A DNA stretch of 63,991 nucleotides, counting the filler, from Octopus bimaculoides (lineage: Eukaryota): assembly GCF_001194135.2 (NCBI RefSeq). It is 5 parts of 4 records of this genome, joined end to end, with 100 filler letters (N's around TTAATTAATTAA, not from the genome) between each part and the next. Parts side by side here need not be neighbours in the genome. Positions count along the whole stretch, not along the records: positions 31,756 to 50,509 come from NC_069008.1; 4 more parts are not named here. The stretch is one strand, 5' to 3'. The position numbers and the translations under genes were made by a program. Numbering within the stretch: position 1 is the stretch's first letter; each line of letters opens with the position of its first letter. Shown here piece after piece: positions 34,952 to 48,290 of the stretch. Below the pieces are notes generated by a model, which worked only from the letters and a program-made list of their open reading frames with translations, searched no databases and was not told the origin of the DNA.

Positions 34952-37489
34952 TAAGCACATACACACGCACATCTTAATTCATAAAAAACAAAAAACTAGG
35001 TACTTTTGACAAAAGTTCCCATTAAAAATTTCTTATAGATTAAGGCTATGGAAGTCTACATAGAACAAAAATTGAGGTATGTATATACGACGGATAATAT
35101 ATATATATATAATGTATGCGTGTACGAGTATACGTGTATGTATATATATAGAAAGGACGTTTATACACAACTACGTAAATACTATGTACGTGTATGTGAA
35201 ATATGTATGCACATATGTGTGTATATTATACACACACACATTCACAAACTCTCATTTAGCCCGGATCCAGCAAATCCACCATAATCAAATACTTTCTGTC
35301 ACAAATATGACCACCCATCCTCGTTGCTATTCAGTAGTTACACAAATCCCAATACCCGGTACCCATACGTTTTTCAAAGACTAAAGTATGTGATCTGTCA
35401 ATCTGAGGTAGATTTAGCTGTTATTTCAAGACCCGAAATTTCTCCTAATTTAGCACAGAGATAATATACAGTAAAAGGGGGCGGGGGCGATAAAGGATAA
35501 GGCCGATTAAAATAAATTGAACCCTAAAATTGCTGATACTTTAAGTTTACCCGATCTGTCTTGCGGAATGGGGGAAGAGAAAAAAAGGGGGGAGTAGTCG
35601 GGGTGTCAGTAGATCCGGTGGGATTTGTGAGAAAGAAACTATATATGAATGGCTCTCTAGGATTTGCGCCAACAGAGTCGACGTGACAGTCACGACTGGA
35701 ATACCTTTAATAACCGGTCCAGCTGACTTGGGAGCTAAACACTATCAACTAAAATAATCGGTCGTTCGTTCGATCTGCTAGAAACAGTAACCAGATTTCA
35801 ATCAAATCACATCCTACTGTCATTTAAATTGAGGGGGGGGGGATAATAAAGAGGCGGGGGAACGTCCATTTAAGATTCAGATCGTGTAACTATTAAAAAC
35901 GTGATGGCCACGGCTGGAATGTCAATTTATAAATTAAAAGCAAAAAAAAAAACAAAAAAAAACAATAATGCAGTTTCCTTCCATCCATGGAGGAGAAATT
36001 ATGGTGATTGCTGACAGACAATCCAGATCCAAGCAAATCCACGATATAAAAGGCATGCCAACCGTGGCCATAACATTTGGAGATTCAAAAAAATACGTGA
36101 TTTTGTTTGTTTGTTTGTTTTTTGTTTTTCTNNNNNNNNNNNNNNNNNNNNNNNNNNNNNNNNNNNNNNNNNNNNNNNNNNNNNNNNNNNNNNNNNNNNN
36201 NNNNNNNNNNNNNNNNNNNNNNNNNNNNNNNNNNNNNNNNNNNNNNNNNNNNNNNNNNNNNNNNNNNNNNNNNNNNNNNNNNNNNNNNNNNNNNNNNNNN
36301 NNNNNNNNNNNNNNNNNNNNNNNNNNNNNNNNNNNNNNNNNNNNNNNNNNNNNNNNNNNNNNNNNNNNNNNNNNNNNNNNNNNNNNNNNNNNNNNNNNNN
36401 NNNNNNNNNNNNNNNNNNNNNNNNNNNNNNNNTATATATGTCGAAAAGCGGCAAGGCGGAACTCGGGAGTAGCAAGGGCGTAAAAATTTCATATTTTTCC
36501 CTATATATTTTAAATAGTTTATACATTGAAACACTCTTTCCTGGCAGTTATTTATATAGGGACATATATTTATATGGAGAGAATTGGAAAAGAAATTAAA
36601 TTACACATACACCCAAATACAGCACACACTCACAAACACATAAATATATATATATATACACACATATATATAACAATATTGGAATGCTTTGAGCACTTTT
36701 TACTCCAGTTCGTACATATGGAATATACATATGAATGTATATAACAAATAACTACTCGTATGCAAGGGAAAATATAAGAGAGGACGGGATATGGTTTCCT
36801 AAGTAATGCAGCGTTAGAATTCCTTCTGCAGCAAATATATTCGGAGCCAGTTGTTGTTCAGCCCTAGGTTAACCGTGACAAAATAGACCCACGATCAGAG
36901 TAGTTCATAATGCATACATTGTGTGTGTGTGTCTTATGTCAAGTTATAATGGAAATAATTTTGCATTAAGCTGAAGAATTAATACTTTTTGTGCAGTACA
37001 TATTTATTATCTTAACAAGAATAGTGTTGACAGTAACTTTGAAGTGACGGCCTGCTTAGCCTTGTGCGTGTGTGTAACTTGCATGTGTTTTATTTCTGGT
37101 TGAAGTGTGTCTGATATGAGATATGACTGATGTTTCTAGCAGGTCTTAGCAACCACATTATAAACGTACCCTCGTTGACTCGTCGCTTGTCGTTTATTTT
37201 ACATGTTTTAATGGCTGGTGAGGTAGTTTGATAATTTTGGGGAAAGGACGACGAAGGGAAAAAATATCTCACACACACACACACGAGGAGAGAGGGTTGT
37301 GAGACGATAGGCAGGGTGTATACTAATTGGAGAGAGGGGAGTGCTCGCACATAATACGTTAATGTCCTTTTTCTCAACGTTGTACACACACACACACACA
37401 TAAACGGAGGGAGCTGAAACAGAAGGCAACGTGTGTGTGTGTGTGTGTGAAATGTACAGAAAAAAGGAGAATATTACATACACGTGCGT

Positions 37490-37527
<38 letters not shown>

Positions 37528-38289
37528 AGGCAGACATCCACATTATACACAAAAAAGGGGTTGACATGTAAAGAGTAGTGTATAATTGTGAGAAAATGCG
37601 TGTGTAGAGAGATCGCTATATATATGGCGATCTCTCTATACACACATATATATACACATATGTACACACGCATTTTCACAATTATATATATATATATACA
37701 CATACACACGTACGTGTATGTGTACGTGCATATGCACACACACACACACATCCGATAAGGGGAAGAAGAGAGCAAAGTCCGCCTGTATATTAAAAAAACT
37801 TGTATGTAAATAAAACTGTTCCATCTGATAAGTGAAGTAGCACCGTTGCTGACGAGGCAGATGTTTCAAACAGAGACAAATTAATCTTTTTTTCTCTAAC
37901 ACTAACCACCAACCACTCGGCTCTCTCTCTCTCTCTCACTCGGCCTATGTTTTTATACATACCGTCTGTATGTATATCTATCTACACGCAAAGGGCTGAC
38001 TAGAGAGAGAGAGAGATGGCTCCTTCAATGTGGTTTGCTAGTGCTGGTATAGAAACAGAAGTCTAACTCTGCCTCAAATCACGCCCTTTTAATGTCTTTA
38101 AAAATAAAAACTGACACATTGACAAATAATGTAGTGTAACTGCATAGCTGGGGAAAAAAAGGAGGGGAGAGAGAGAGAGAGAGAGAGAGAGGATGGATGG
38201 CCATGATTGGAATACTCTGATCATAAGTCTACTTGTTCGGGGGCCAACTTTGGAGAGAGAAGAGGAGGCATCAACGAATTCAAAGCCAT

Positions 38290-38527
38290 AACAATAATGA
38301 AAATGTCTTCAAAATTTTGGGACAAGGGTAGCAATTTTAGAATGAGTTGGGAGTGAGTCGAGCTACATCGACCCCCGAGTCCTCCGCCAGTTCTTTTTTT
38401 TTATCGACCCACCAGGGATACAAAGCAAAGCGAACTTCGGCGGGATTTGATTTGCAATGAGAAACCCCCAGGAAAGTGTTGAGGTGGGAAAATGCTGAAA
38501 AACATTTTGTCCGGCGCTCCAAACGAA
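38290..38527 (-). mobile_element. tRNA-derived SINE (family C), CpG-retaining
   Basis: tacatcgacccc...gataca aagcaaagcgaacttcggcgggatttga. Confidence 0.7.
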
Positions 38528-38878
38528 NNNNNNNNNNNNNNNNNNNNNNNNNNNNNNNNNNNNNNNNNNNNNNNNNNNNNNNNNNNNNNNNNNNNNNNNN
38601 NNNNNNNNNNNNNNNNNNNNNNNNNNNNNNNNNNNNNNNNNNNNNNNNNNNNNNNNNNNNNNNNNNNNNNNNNNNNNNNNNNNNNNNNNNNNNNNNNNNN
38701 NNNNNNNNNNNNNNNNNNNNNNNNNNNNNNNNNNNNNNNTAATTATAATAATCGTTATTATTATTATTAATATTAATAACACATTCATTGCCTTGATGAT
38801 AGGTTTGATTTAACAAGGCTGACCCGTGGCCTAAACACAGCACTATATATATATACATACATACACACACACACACAT

Positions 38879-38921
<43 letters not shown>

Positions 38922-39425
38922 ATAACGTTTGTGTTTACAAACGTGGGAGATGAAAAAGGTACCCAACACAGTTTTACTCTTTTCCAAGCCTCCGTCACTG
39001 GATCGCAGTGCCTTTTAACACGGGGTTATATCATTCTTATTATTTTATTCCATTTTAAATCAACCACACACACTACTGCGACATTCCTCTCCTCCCCTAA
39101 CCACATCCATTTCAAATTGCTGTTTGATTGATTCATCATCGACAAGGAGTTAAAAAAAAAAAGGGAACACACGCACACAGTTTACGTATGTATATAAATG
39201 AAATTTCATTAAAAATGAAATCAATCTCGACACAGTCACTACTCCACACACATTATATATATATATATATATATATATCCATTTAGAGTTGACTGTCGGA
39301 AAAAAAAAAGTACTCAATACCACACTAGTAGTTAATGTATATTATTTTGGTCAAATCAGTCTTTTTCGCCTTTGGGAACGCAGGGTCTTCAGGCCAGTTG
39401 TCACACACACACACATCTCTGTCTT

Positions 39426-39469
<44 letters not shown>

Positions 39470-39939
39470 CACAATTATTGCATTTTATATGCCTATACAC
39501 TCACTTTTGTATCTGTGTATAAAGCGATTTGTGCAGTGGAAAGAAAAGGGGTTGAAAATACAACAGATAGGTGGCCCCCAAAGCAGTGTTCAATGCTTAC
39601 AAAGACAGATGCATATTTCTTTTTTTTTCTATTTAGATAAAATTAAAAAGAAAATAATTACTTAGTGGAAATTGTAAATGTGACAGTTACTTTCCTACAT
39701 AGATAAAAAGGATGTCGGTTTGAAAGGAGAAAGAGAAAGACAGAGAGAATGCATATTTATTAACAATTGGGGGTTTAGTGGGGGTGTGTCAGCCTAACAC
39801 GGAGAAATGTTCTCCCCCAACTCCACCCTTCCATGGATATATTTATTAATTAAATCCACTAGCACGAGATTTAAGGATTAACAAATGCAAAATATTATCA
39901 ATATGCATATAGATAGATAGATAATTGCTAATAATCTAC

Positions 39940-40290
39940 AAGCACAAAACCAGAAACTTAGGAGAGATAGGGCCGGTCGACCCCCTGTGCTTTATTTATC
40001 AAGGGGTAAAAGACAGAATAGACTTCAGCGGGATTTTAACTCTGAAATACCACAAGGTTATTTTCCCCCCGGTGCTCTGTCAGTACAGTACCCTTCCATA
40101 ATGATTTCTAAAATACTAGAAATATAGGAGTGAAGAGAGTCGATTAAATCGACCCAGTAGTTGAAATGTATTTTATCGATCCCTTAGGATTAAAGAAACC
40201 AGATGACATCCGTGGGATTTGAATTCAGAACGTCAAGTGCCGTCACTAAATACTTGCAAGACATTCCGTCCAAGACCAACCATAAAGAAC
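39940..40290 (-). mobile_element. Two degenerate family C SINE fragments
   Basis: gcacaaaaccagaaac...gacttcagcgggattttaactc, and a second gtcgattaaatcgacccag...gggatttgaattcagaacg. Confidence 0.6.
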
Positions 40291-41124
40291 TGAACCTATT
40301 CGTGATTGCTCGTCTTCCTACAAACAACTAAAATCTCTCTCATATCATACATCATCTTCGAAAGAAAACACTGTTTAATAATATGTATCTTCAAAGACGT
40401 GACAGGCATGGTCGGATTGCTTTCGATTATATGTCTTCTGAATCAGAGCCGATTGGCTCTGGAGCTAAAAACAACTAGGAGTTTCTTCCATTGCCATTAG
40501 GAGTGACGGACGTTGGAGAGGGCACAACAACAATAAACAACAGGAGGAAACAACGATTGTGTGTTGTTTCCCATCTTCCGAAATTTGTCGCTTTTGCTAT
40601 GTTTGAAAATTGAATTAAATGCAGGCTTAGATAATCAAACACCGATTACACTGTAGCTGCCTTGTTCCATGAATACCGGTTTGTGTAATTAGCCATAGAG
40701 CTTACCTTTAAATAAGGAAGACACGGAAAGATTGTGACAAGCATATATATATATATATATATATGTATATGCTTGTATGTATATGGTCATATGTGGCTTT
40801 TAATAAAGACACATAAACATATACATGTGCTTTATTTATTAATATATATATATATAAATATATATATACATACATACGCATGTGCTTTTATTATATACAC
40901 ATAAGTGTGATTTTTTTTTTACATACCTACATACATACATACACGCACATATACATGCATACAAATGTGATCGAACATACATAAACACACATGTGTTTGC
41001 TTTAATATACACAGATGGATGGATGGATGGGTAAATAGATGTAGGTTCCCTAATTACATCAATACATCCCCATAAATAAATGAACTGTCAAGGCCGATCT
41101 CCGGGCCCACCGCCTTCAAATACA

Positions 41125-41158
<34 letters not shown>

Positions 41159-41510
41159 NNNNNNNNNNTATATAGACACACACATACTTGAAAGCGAGAA
41201 GGAGGGAGGCTTTATTAACTATGTATCGTATTAGCTAGAGACCACCACCGCCTATTCCGGCCCAAGTGCAGCTTGTCACAACCAGCAAAAGGGAAAAAAT
41301 ATACAATTTAAACTAAAACCTGCAACTACTACCGAAGCTGTTTAGTTGTAATAACAGAATTAATGTGGTGATACCACCACTTCGAATACGAAATCAAGCA
41401 GCTGTATGCAATAAACAGACACAACACACACGTATAAATATATATATATACAAATATACACACAGAAAATTACAAATGAAACATACATAAATGTACCTTT
41501 CCTAATACAA

Positions 41511-41541
<31 letters not shown>

Positions 41542-42047
41542 TATAAACACACGATGCTAAATATATGTGCGTGTATGTGTATCATTGTGTGTAAATATGT
41601 ACATGTGAATACAGATCTATATACAGATCTATACATATATATATACATATATACACACATATGTACGTACACAGGGAATTGTGGTTTAGCGCCATTTTTC
41701 TCCAACACGTATGCAAGCAGAAAGCTAAGCCAACTTGTTGGTAGAAGGATGGGGGATGATGCCTGGTCTTTTTGTTTGTTTTTGCTTTTGTTGTTCTTTT
41801 TTCTTTTTCGGGATTTTTTAAACGTGGAAAAAAACATATATATATAACGAAAAAAAAATCCAACTCCAATACCTACCTTTCATGTTACTCGACATCCTTT
41901 CACCATAACATTCAGTAAGACTTCCCAATCACTCAAAACAAACCGAAAACTAGAGCATCCAACAAAGAGGTAAAAATAAAACCAGAGCAGGCTGATTTAC
42001 ATGTGTAGGTCACAGACATGACATTAACATAACTTAGCATATATTAC

Positions 42048-42720
42048 CCTTGTTCGACCTCACCCCACCCGGTTTAGCGCCCGAGACGGCAAAACGCCGT
42101 CTTCGGCCGGCCGTCAGCGGTAGCGATCGCAGCTGTGTAGAGAGACTCGGACATTGCCGCCGCTTTCGTCCCGATTTGTCGCCTGTAATGTCCGCAAACG
42201 GGGTCCCGAAGCCGCGACCTATATTCTTGGATCGCTAGCTGGCGCCGCGCAGTGATACCGGCGCCGTGCAAATCTCTCCTCCCGCTCCTCCCCCCTCGAC
42301 GCTGCAAATCGTCTTCCGCCTTCTTGTTCCGGAGGTTGTGAAGTGTCTACTGCTGCTGCTGTGCTATTGCTACTCTCCTCACAACCACTACTCCCACTAC
42401 TACCATCACCACCTCTACCGCTTCTCTCATGCTTAGGTAACCAAGGAAGGCAACACAAGCTGCTAGTAGTAGTAGCAGCAGCAGTATTCAATAAACTCAG
42501 TGTGGTTGGCATACTTCCTCCACCCCTACACTCACTGCAGTAGTAGTAATAACAGCGCTTATACACTGATGGTGGTAGTAGTAGTGGTGGTGGTGCTTGT
42601 GCTATAGCAGTAGTGTTTGCATTAGTAGTAGCAATAGCAGTAATGTTTGTACTATTAGTAGTAGTCACAGTGGTAGTGCTTTCTTTTTTATTCTTTCACT
42701 CGTGGTAGTAGTAGAAGTAG
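42048..42720 (-). promoter_or_regulatory. CpG island, probable first (5') exon of a minus-strand gene
   Basis: The most GC/CpG-rich unique segment in the window (42050-42340). Minus-strand donor-like AAGG|GTAATA at 42048/42047; several short uORF-like frames. Confidence 0.45.
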
Positions 42721-42882
42721 CGGCTATAATAACACTGCTTTACCTAGCGCTGCTATAACCACCACCACCACCACCACTACTACTATTACTACTACAACCA
42801 ACCAACCACCACTACTACTGTACTGTATATACTTAGCTATAGTGGTTATGACAATACAAATGGAAGATAATATGCGTGTGTA

Positions 42883-42930
<48 letters not shown>

Positions 42931-43646
42931 CTTCCCCAATAGACGTGTAAATATATGTATTCATATATATTAATAAATAATTGTGTGTCTATACACTGTA
43001 ATCTATATGTATATGCATATATATTTTTTATATGCTCAATATATATATGAACACGAAATTAGATTATNNNNNNNNNNNNNNNNNNNNNNNNNNNNNNNNN
43101 NNNNNNNNNNNNNNNNNNNNNNNNNNNNNNNNNNNNNNNNNNNNNNNNNNNNNNNNNNNNNNNNNNNNNNNNNNNNNNNNNNNNNNNNNNNNNNNNNNNN
43201 NNNNNNNNNNNNNNNNNNNNNNNNNNNNNNNNNNNNNNNNNNNNNNNNNNNNNNNNNNNNNNNNNNNNNNNNNNNNNNNNNNNNNNNNNNNNNNNNNNNN
43301 NNNNNNNNNNNNNNNNNNNNNNNNNNNNNNNNNNNNNNNNNNNNNNNNNNNNNNNNNNNNNNNNNNNNNNNNNNNNNNNNNNNNNNNNNNNNNNNNNNNN
43401 NNNNNNNNNNNNNNNNNNNNNNNNNNNNNNNNNNNNNNNNNNNNNNNNNNNNNNNNNNNNNNNNNNNNNNNNNNNNNNNNNNNNNNNNNNNNNNNNNNNN
43501 NNNNNNNNNNNNNNNNNNNNNNNNNNNNNNNNNNNNNNNNNNNNNNNNNNNNNNNNNNNNNNNNNNNNNNNNNNNNNNNNNNNNNNNNNNNNNNNNNNNN
43601 NNNNNNNNNNNNNNNNNNNNNNNNNNNNNNNNNNNNNNNNNNNNNN

Positions 43647-43707
<61 letters not shown>

Positions 43708-44005
43708 ATAAACGTGTGTGTGTGTACACAAGTGTTTGAAGCCTAGCAATACACTGTCCGTACTGAATGAACAGTTTACAAAAAGAGAGAGAGAGACAGA
43801 CAGACAGACAGAAAAGGAAAATCTCTAGTAGTTTATTGTAAAAGATGAATAAACATTGCACTACTACTACTACTACTACACATGACTAAGGTTAACAGAG
43901 TTGCCTACCTCCACCCTCCCACCATCTCCCTATTTCCCCTCACACTGACACTTTCTCTCTCTTTCTCTCTCTCTCTCCCATTCATACGTACACTCTCAAA
44001 TACTT

Positions 44006-44045
<40 letters not shown>

Positions 44046-44236
44046 TCATATACATACATGCATACATACAATTTTGATCCTCACACGTTTACATGATCTC
44101 ACAAGCACTCATACGCCAAAACACACGTTCTCTCTCTCTCTCTCTCCACGAGCAAGTGCGAGAAAATATTTTTAACACATTTATTCTCTGCACAGCTATC
44201 TGCGTGCAACCTATTCTAAAACGTTGTCATTTATGT

Positions 44237-44289
<53 letters not shown>

Positions 44290-44850
44290 CTCAAAGTAGG
44301 CATTATTGTAGATCCATTTCAGCCGATTGTACTAACTCTTGATAAATATACGAGTGCATATTTTTCCTAACTTATGGATTAACACACACACACTCACGCT
44401 TACACACAAACAGAGATAAAAGAGTACATGTTTCCACAATGCATAGAAGCGAGAGAAAAAGTACTCGATACTAGAGATAAAGAGATATACAATTTATTCG
44501 ACGTTGAAAACTACGAAGTACTCCTTCAAGAAGTTGGGAGTAAAGACTTAAGAAGTTTCAGGCAGCATGAAATAATTTGTGTGTGCGTATATATAAGCGC
44601 ATGTGTACATTCTATTGAAGCATACATATATCGATCTGTAAGTGGTGGATACAATGAGCTAAGGGGAAGTAATTCAAGTGGGTCATTGGCATGCATTTGG
44701 TTGGCGAGGGTATACTGAATGAGATGCGCCAAAACAAAAACTTCTCACTGAACTGAAATATTCCCTCTTTGGGGTGAAAAGAAAGCAAATACCGAGAGAT
44801 AATGTTAGCGACTATCAATGAAAAGGGGAGGTAATTTAAAAATTATATGT

Positions 44851-45066
44851 AGGCACAGGCATGGCTGGGTGATAAGATATTTGCTCACCAACCACATGGT
44901 TTCGTGTTCAGTCTCACTGCATGGCACTTTAGGCAAGTGTCTTTTACTATAAACTCCAGGCTGGACAAAAGCCATGTGAGTGGATTCGGAAAGAAACTAG
45001 TCATATATGTGGGTGTGTGTGTGTCTTTGTGTCTGTCTCGCTACCGCTTGACAACCGGTGTTAGTG
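44851..45066 (+). mobile_element. SINE family A, 5' part
   Basis: Head aggcacaggcatggctgggtgataag and internal cgcttgacaaccggtg. Confidence 0.8.
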
Positions 45067-45706
45067 TGTGTGTGTGTGTTTGTTTTCCCCCAGTGCCAAA
45101 AAGAAGTGTCGCCGAAACCCAGTCCAATCAGCGGTGTCTAATCGCTAGTATCCAAAGAGTTGTGTCCAATCGTTGCCTCCCGATTTCCACCAACCTTCTG
45201 CCCAGCATTGATATTCATTTTTATCGACTCTGAAATGACAAAAGACAAAGCTGATCTCGGCAGGAACTGAACTCACAAATCGAAGCGTGAGATCTCAAAC
45301 ACTGCAATATTTTAATAACTCTACCAAATCATTGTAAAGGTAAGAGAGACAACTGCAACCACATTTCAGTCTAAATGGACCTCATCAGCATAATATATTG
45401 TTTCTAAGACTGGTTCTAAAATTAATGCTTTCTTTTTCTTATAACTATCTCCCCCTTTTCATTGAGAACCCCTAATAATTACAGCCAGTTATTGCATTCC
45501 CTTGCCTTATCGAACAAAAAGGGACATTTCAGTTAATTGAAGATTCATCCTCTTAACTTTATCTCACTTTATGCCATAGATATGTTTGAGTTATATCCCC
45601 TCAACTCATTTAGTTTTTACAATATGCAAATTATTACTCACCAAAAATCTACATAACTTTAGCTCCGCTTCCTCTCCCCCACCTCCACCTTGTATCTTAC
45701 CACACA

Positions 45707-45803
45707 GCGGGCGTGGCGGTGTGATGAGTTTACTTTCCGACAACACCGTTCCAGGTTCAGTCCCACTTTAGGCAAGTATCTCCTATATAACCTTGGGCTG
45801 ACC
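45707..45803 (+). mobile_element. SINE family A, head fragment
   Basis: ccaggttcagtcccactttaggcaagtatctcc. Confidence 0.6.
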
Positions 45804-46133
45804 TCTTACGAGGAGTTGCTGGGTTTAAGGGTTACCTGACAAGCCTGGTTGGAGACCCAAGTTTCCGAGTTCTTTTACAGGGCTTAGGAAAACTGGAGGA
45901 CCGCTGCAATATGTGTGTGAAGCTGAGAGGGAAATATACTGAATGACTTATCCTCCTGTATTTTCTTTTATCCGAAGCTAGGAATTTTTCAGCACCTCCT
46001 CGTACTGTACACGATGGTACGGATAGTCAAGGATCTAGAAAATGTATTCGCAATGGTTTCTCAGTAAATTAGCAATGAATACAGCATTTGTGCAATTCAA
46101 ATATGTCCGAAACATATTTGTATAGATCTAGAT

Positions 46134-46872
46134 CAGTGATTCTCAACCTGGGTTCATATAAGATTTGATGGTCCACACAGTAAAATAGTAAACTGGGGGT
46201 TCACAATATTAGTTTAGGGGCCCCTGAAAAAATGTTGCTTTAGATGTATGCATTGGTTATGTATTGCAAGAAACATAGGTTTCTTTCTCTAACATTTTAC
46301 ATAGTTCAACTTACACAAATTAAATGTGTGAAAAACACAATAGGAATTTTGAAAGAAGTTTCTATAAAACTAATTTTTAAACATTGAATGGTTATGGGGG
46401 GTCCACCAGAATAAAATAGTAATCAAAGGGGGTCCATAGAGTATAAATGTTTGAGAACCCCTGCTTTAGATGTATGTATTGGTATGCATTGCAAGAAACG
46501 TCTAGGTTTCTTTCTCTAACATTTGACATAGTTCAACTTACACAAATTAATGTTTGAAAAACAAAATAGGAATTTTGAAAGAAGTTTCTATGGAACTGAT
46601 TTTTAAACATTGAGTGACTATAGGGATCCACCAAAATAAAATAAAAATCAAAAGGGTCCATAGATAAAAAAAAAATGATTTTGAACCCCTGTTTTAGATG
46701 TATGTATTGCTAGGGACATCTTGCTTATTTTCTCTATTTGAAATAGTTCAACCTACACAAGTTAATGCGTGAAAAACAAAATGGGAATTTTGAAAGAAGT
46801 CTCTATAAAACTAGTTTTTAAATGGCTATGGGGGTCCACCAGGATGAAATAGTAATCAAAGGGGTCCATAGA
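46134..46872 (+). mobile_element. hAT (Charlie-like) MITE with a tandemly amplified 3' half
   Basis: CAGTGATTCTCAACC...TTTGAGAACCCCTG TIRs preceded by ATCTAGAT (NTCTAGAN target). Two further copies of a ~200-250 bp unit follow. Confidence 0.8.
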
Positions 46873-46924
46873 TTTTTTTAAATGCTTGTTTTCTATTTAC
46901 TTCTTTTTGCAAGAAACAGATAGG

Positions 46925-47110
46925 TTTACAACGGCGAGCTGTCACAATCATTTCAGAGCCGGAGTAAAAACTTTACTTTTTCTATATTTCTTCCGGCTCT
47001 ACATACTTCCCGAGTTCAAATACTGCTGAGGTAAATTTTTGCCTTTTTATCCCCTTTAATAGTCGATACAACAAAGTACCGGTCATGTACTGAGGTCAAA
47101 GGTATCGTCT
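46925..47110 (+). mobile_element. tRNA-derived SINE (family C)
   Basis: acggcgagctg head, gagttcaaatactgctgaggt B-box region, aagtaccggt central motif. Confidence 0.65.
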
Positions 47111-47189
47111 AAAAAAACACCTTCCCTCAAGAAAAAAGAAAAAAAAAAAATTCACGTCTTTTGCCTGGACTAGAAACTTACTAAAAATG

Positions 47190-47355
47190 ATCTTAGTGAA
47201 TGGGCAAACTGCGGCCCGCTTGACTCTGAATGGCACGCCGAACGAAATATTCCCTTCGATTTTCGTTTTTTTAACAGTGAAGCCCGCCTGACGATGATTC
47301 ATGTCTCATGCGGCCCGCATCACGGAAAAAAAAAAGGGGGTTGCCAGTGCCTGGT
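47190..47355. mobile_element. Degenerate hAT-type MITE
   Basis: gggcaaactgcggcccgc...gcggcccgc...gttgccagtgcctg, typical hAT terminal and subterminal motifs. Confidence 0.45.
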
Positions 47356-47745
47356 GTACACCATTCATTCAAATCAACCCCTGATGTGGCCCGACGTAAG
47401 GATCTTAACTTCGATTAAACGAGATTATCCTTGCGAACAAGAAAGAAAACTCCCCTGCGGGTGTATGTAAAAAGCTGTAAACAACCAAGGGAGATAACTA
47501 TAATAACAGCAGCCAATCGGAATTGTTTGGTGGGAGGTGGTCGTGGATATAAAGACTAAACGTTAAGTATTGTTAACCCATCTCTACACCACAGACAGCT
47601 TGATTTTTCTTGCTTTTTCTCTCCTTTTCGTTGCTTTAACGAATCGGAAAAGAAGTCGTATGTGTGTGTGTGTGTGTGTGTGTATCTAAATGTGACTGTT
47701 TATATTTATCCAGGAGCTAAGTATCACGCAAATGCCTTGGTTTAT

Positions 47746-47779
<34 letters not shown>

Positions 47780-47809
47780 CAGTTCAAACTATTCTTAGGA
47801 GATAGAGAG

Positions 47810-48290
47810 ATGCGGGGGTAGAAAGAGAAAGAGAGGGGGGGCTAGGAACAGAAAAGGATAGAGAGAAGGACGGTTTAAGTAGAAATAGATAGAGAGAAAG
47901 TGAGGTTAGGAAGAAACAGATAGGCAGAGAGGGGGTTAGTAAGAGAAAGATAAACAGAGAGAGGGCGGTTAGGAAGAAACAGACAGGCAGAAAGTAGGTA
48001 AGGAAGAGAAAGATAAACAGAGAGAGGGGGGGGGGTAGGAAAAGAGTGATAGAAAGAAAGAGGTAGTTTGAAAGAGACGGAGATATATAAAAGGGGGTTT
48101 AGGAAGAGGAAAAGAGATATATAGAGAGAGAAAGACGGAGAGGCAAAGAGAGATAAGGATAGTAACAGAGAACAACAAAATGAGGGAGGGAGTTCGGGGA
48201 AAGGAACCACCCTTTTACTTTGAATAATACCAGAGAGACGGGGGGGGGGTTAAGGAAGAAGAGAAGGGCAGTAGAAGAGAGTCCTCAAGG
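47810..48290 (+). repeat. GA-rich polypurine tract with a ~63-bp minisatellite
   Basis: gttaggaagaaacaga.aggcaga...aagagaaagataaacagagagaggg repeated at about 47905 and 47968. Confidence 0.8.

Noticed and set aside
35968-36105. Stop-poor segment open in several frames (for example LSAITIISPPW on the minus strand)
   Set aside because: Short, no convincing splice sites, and no recognisable family.
42140-42215. Possible HDV-like ribozyme on the minus strand (ggcaatgtccg end)
   Set aside because: No P1/P3 pairing consistent with the nested double pseudoknot could be built.
44428-44718. 96-aa ORF (EAREKVLDTRDKEIYNLFDVENYEVLLQEVG)
   Set aside because: It runs into (GT)/(TA) repeats, has no good donor and no recognisable homology.
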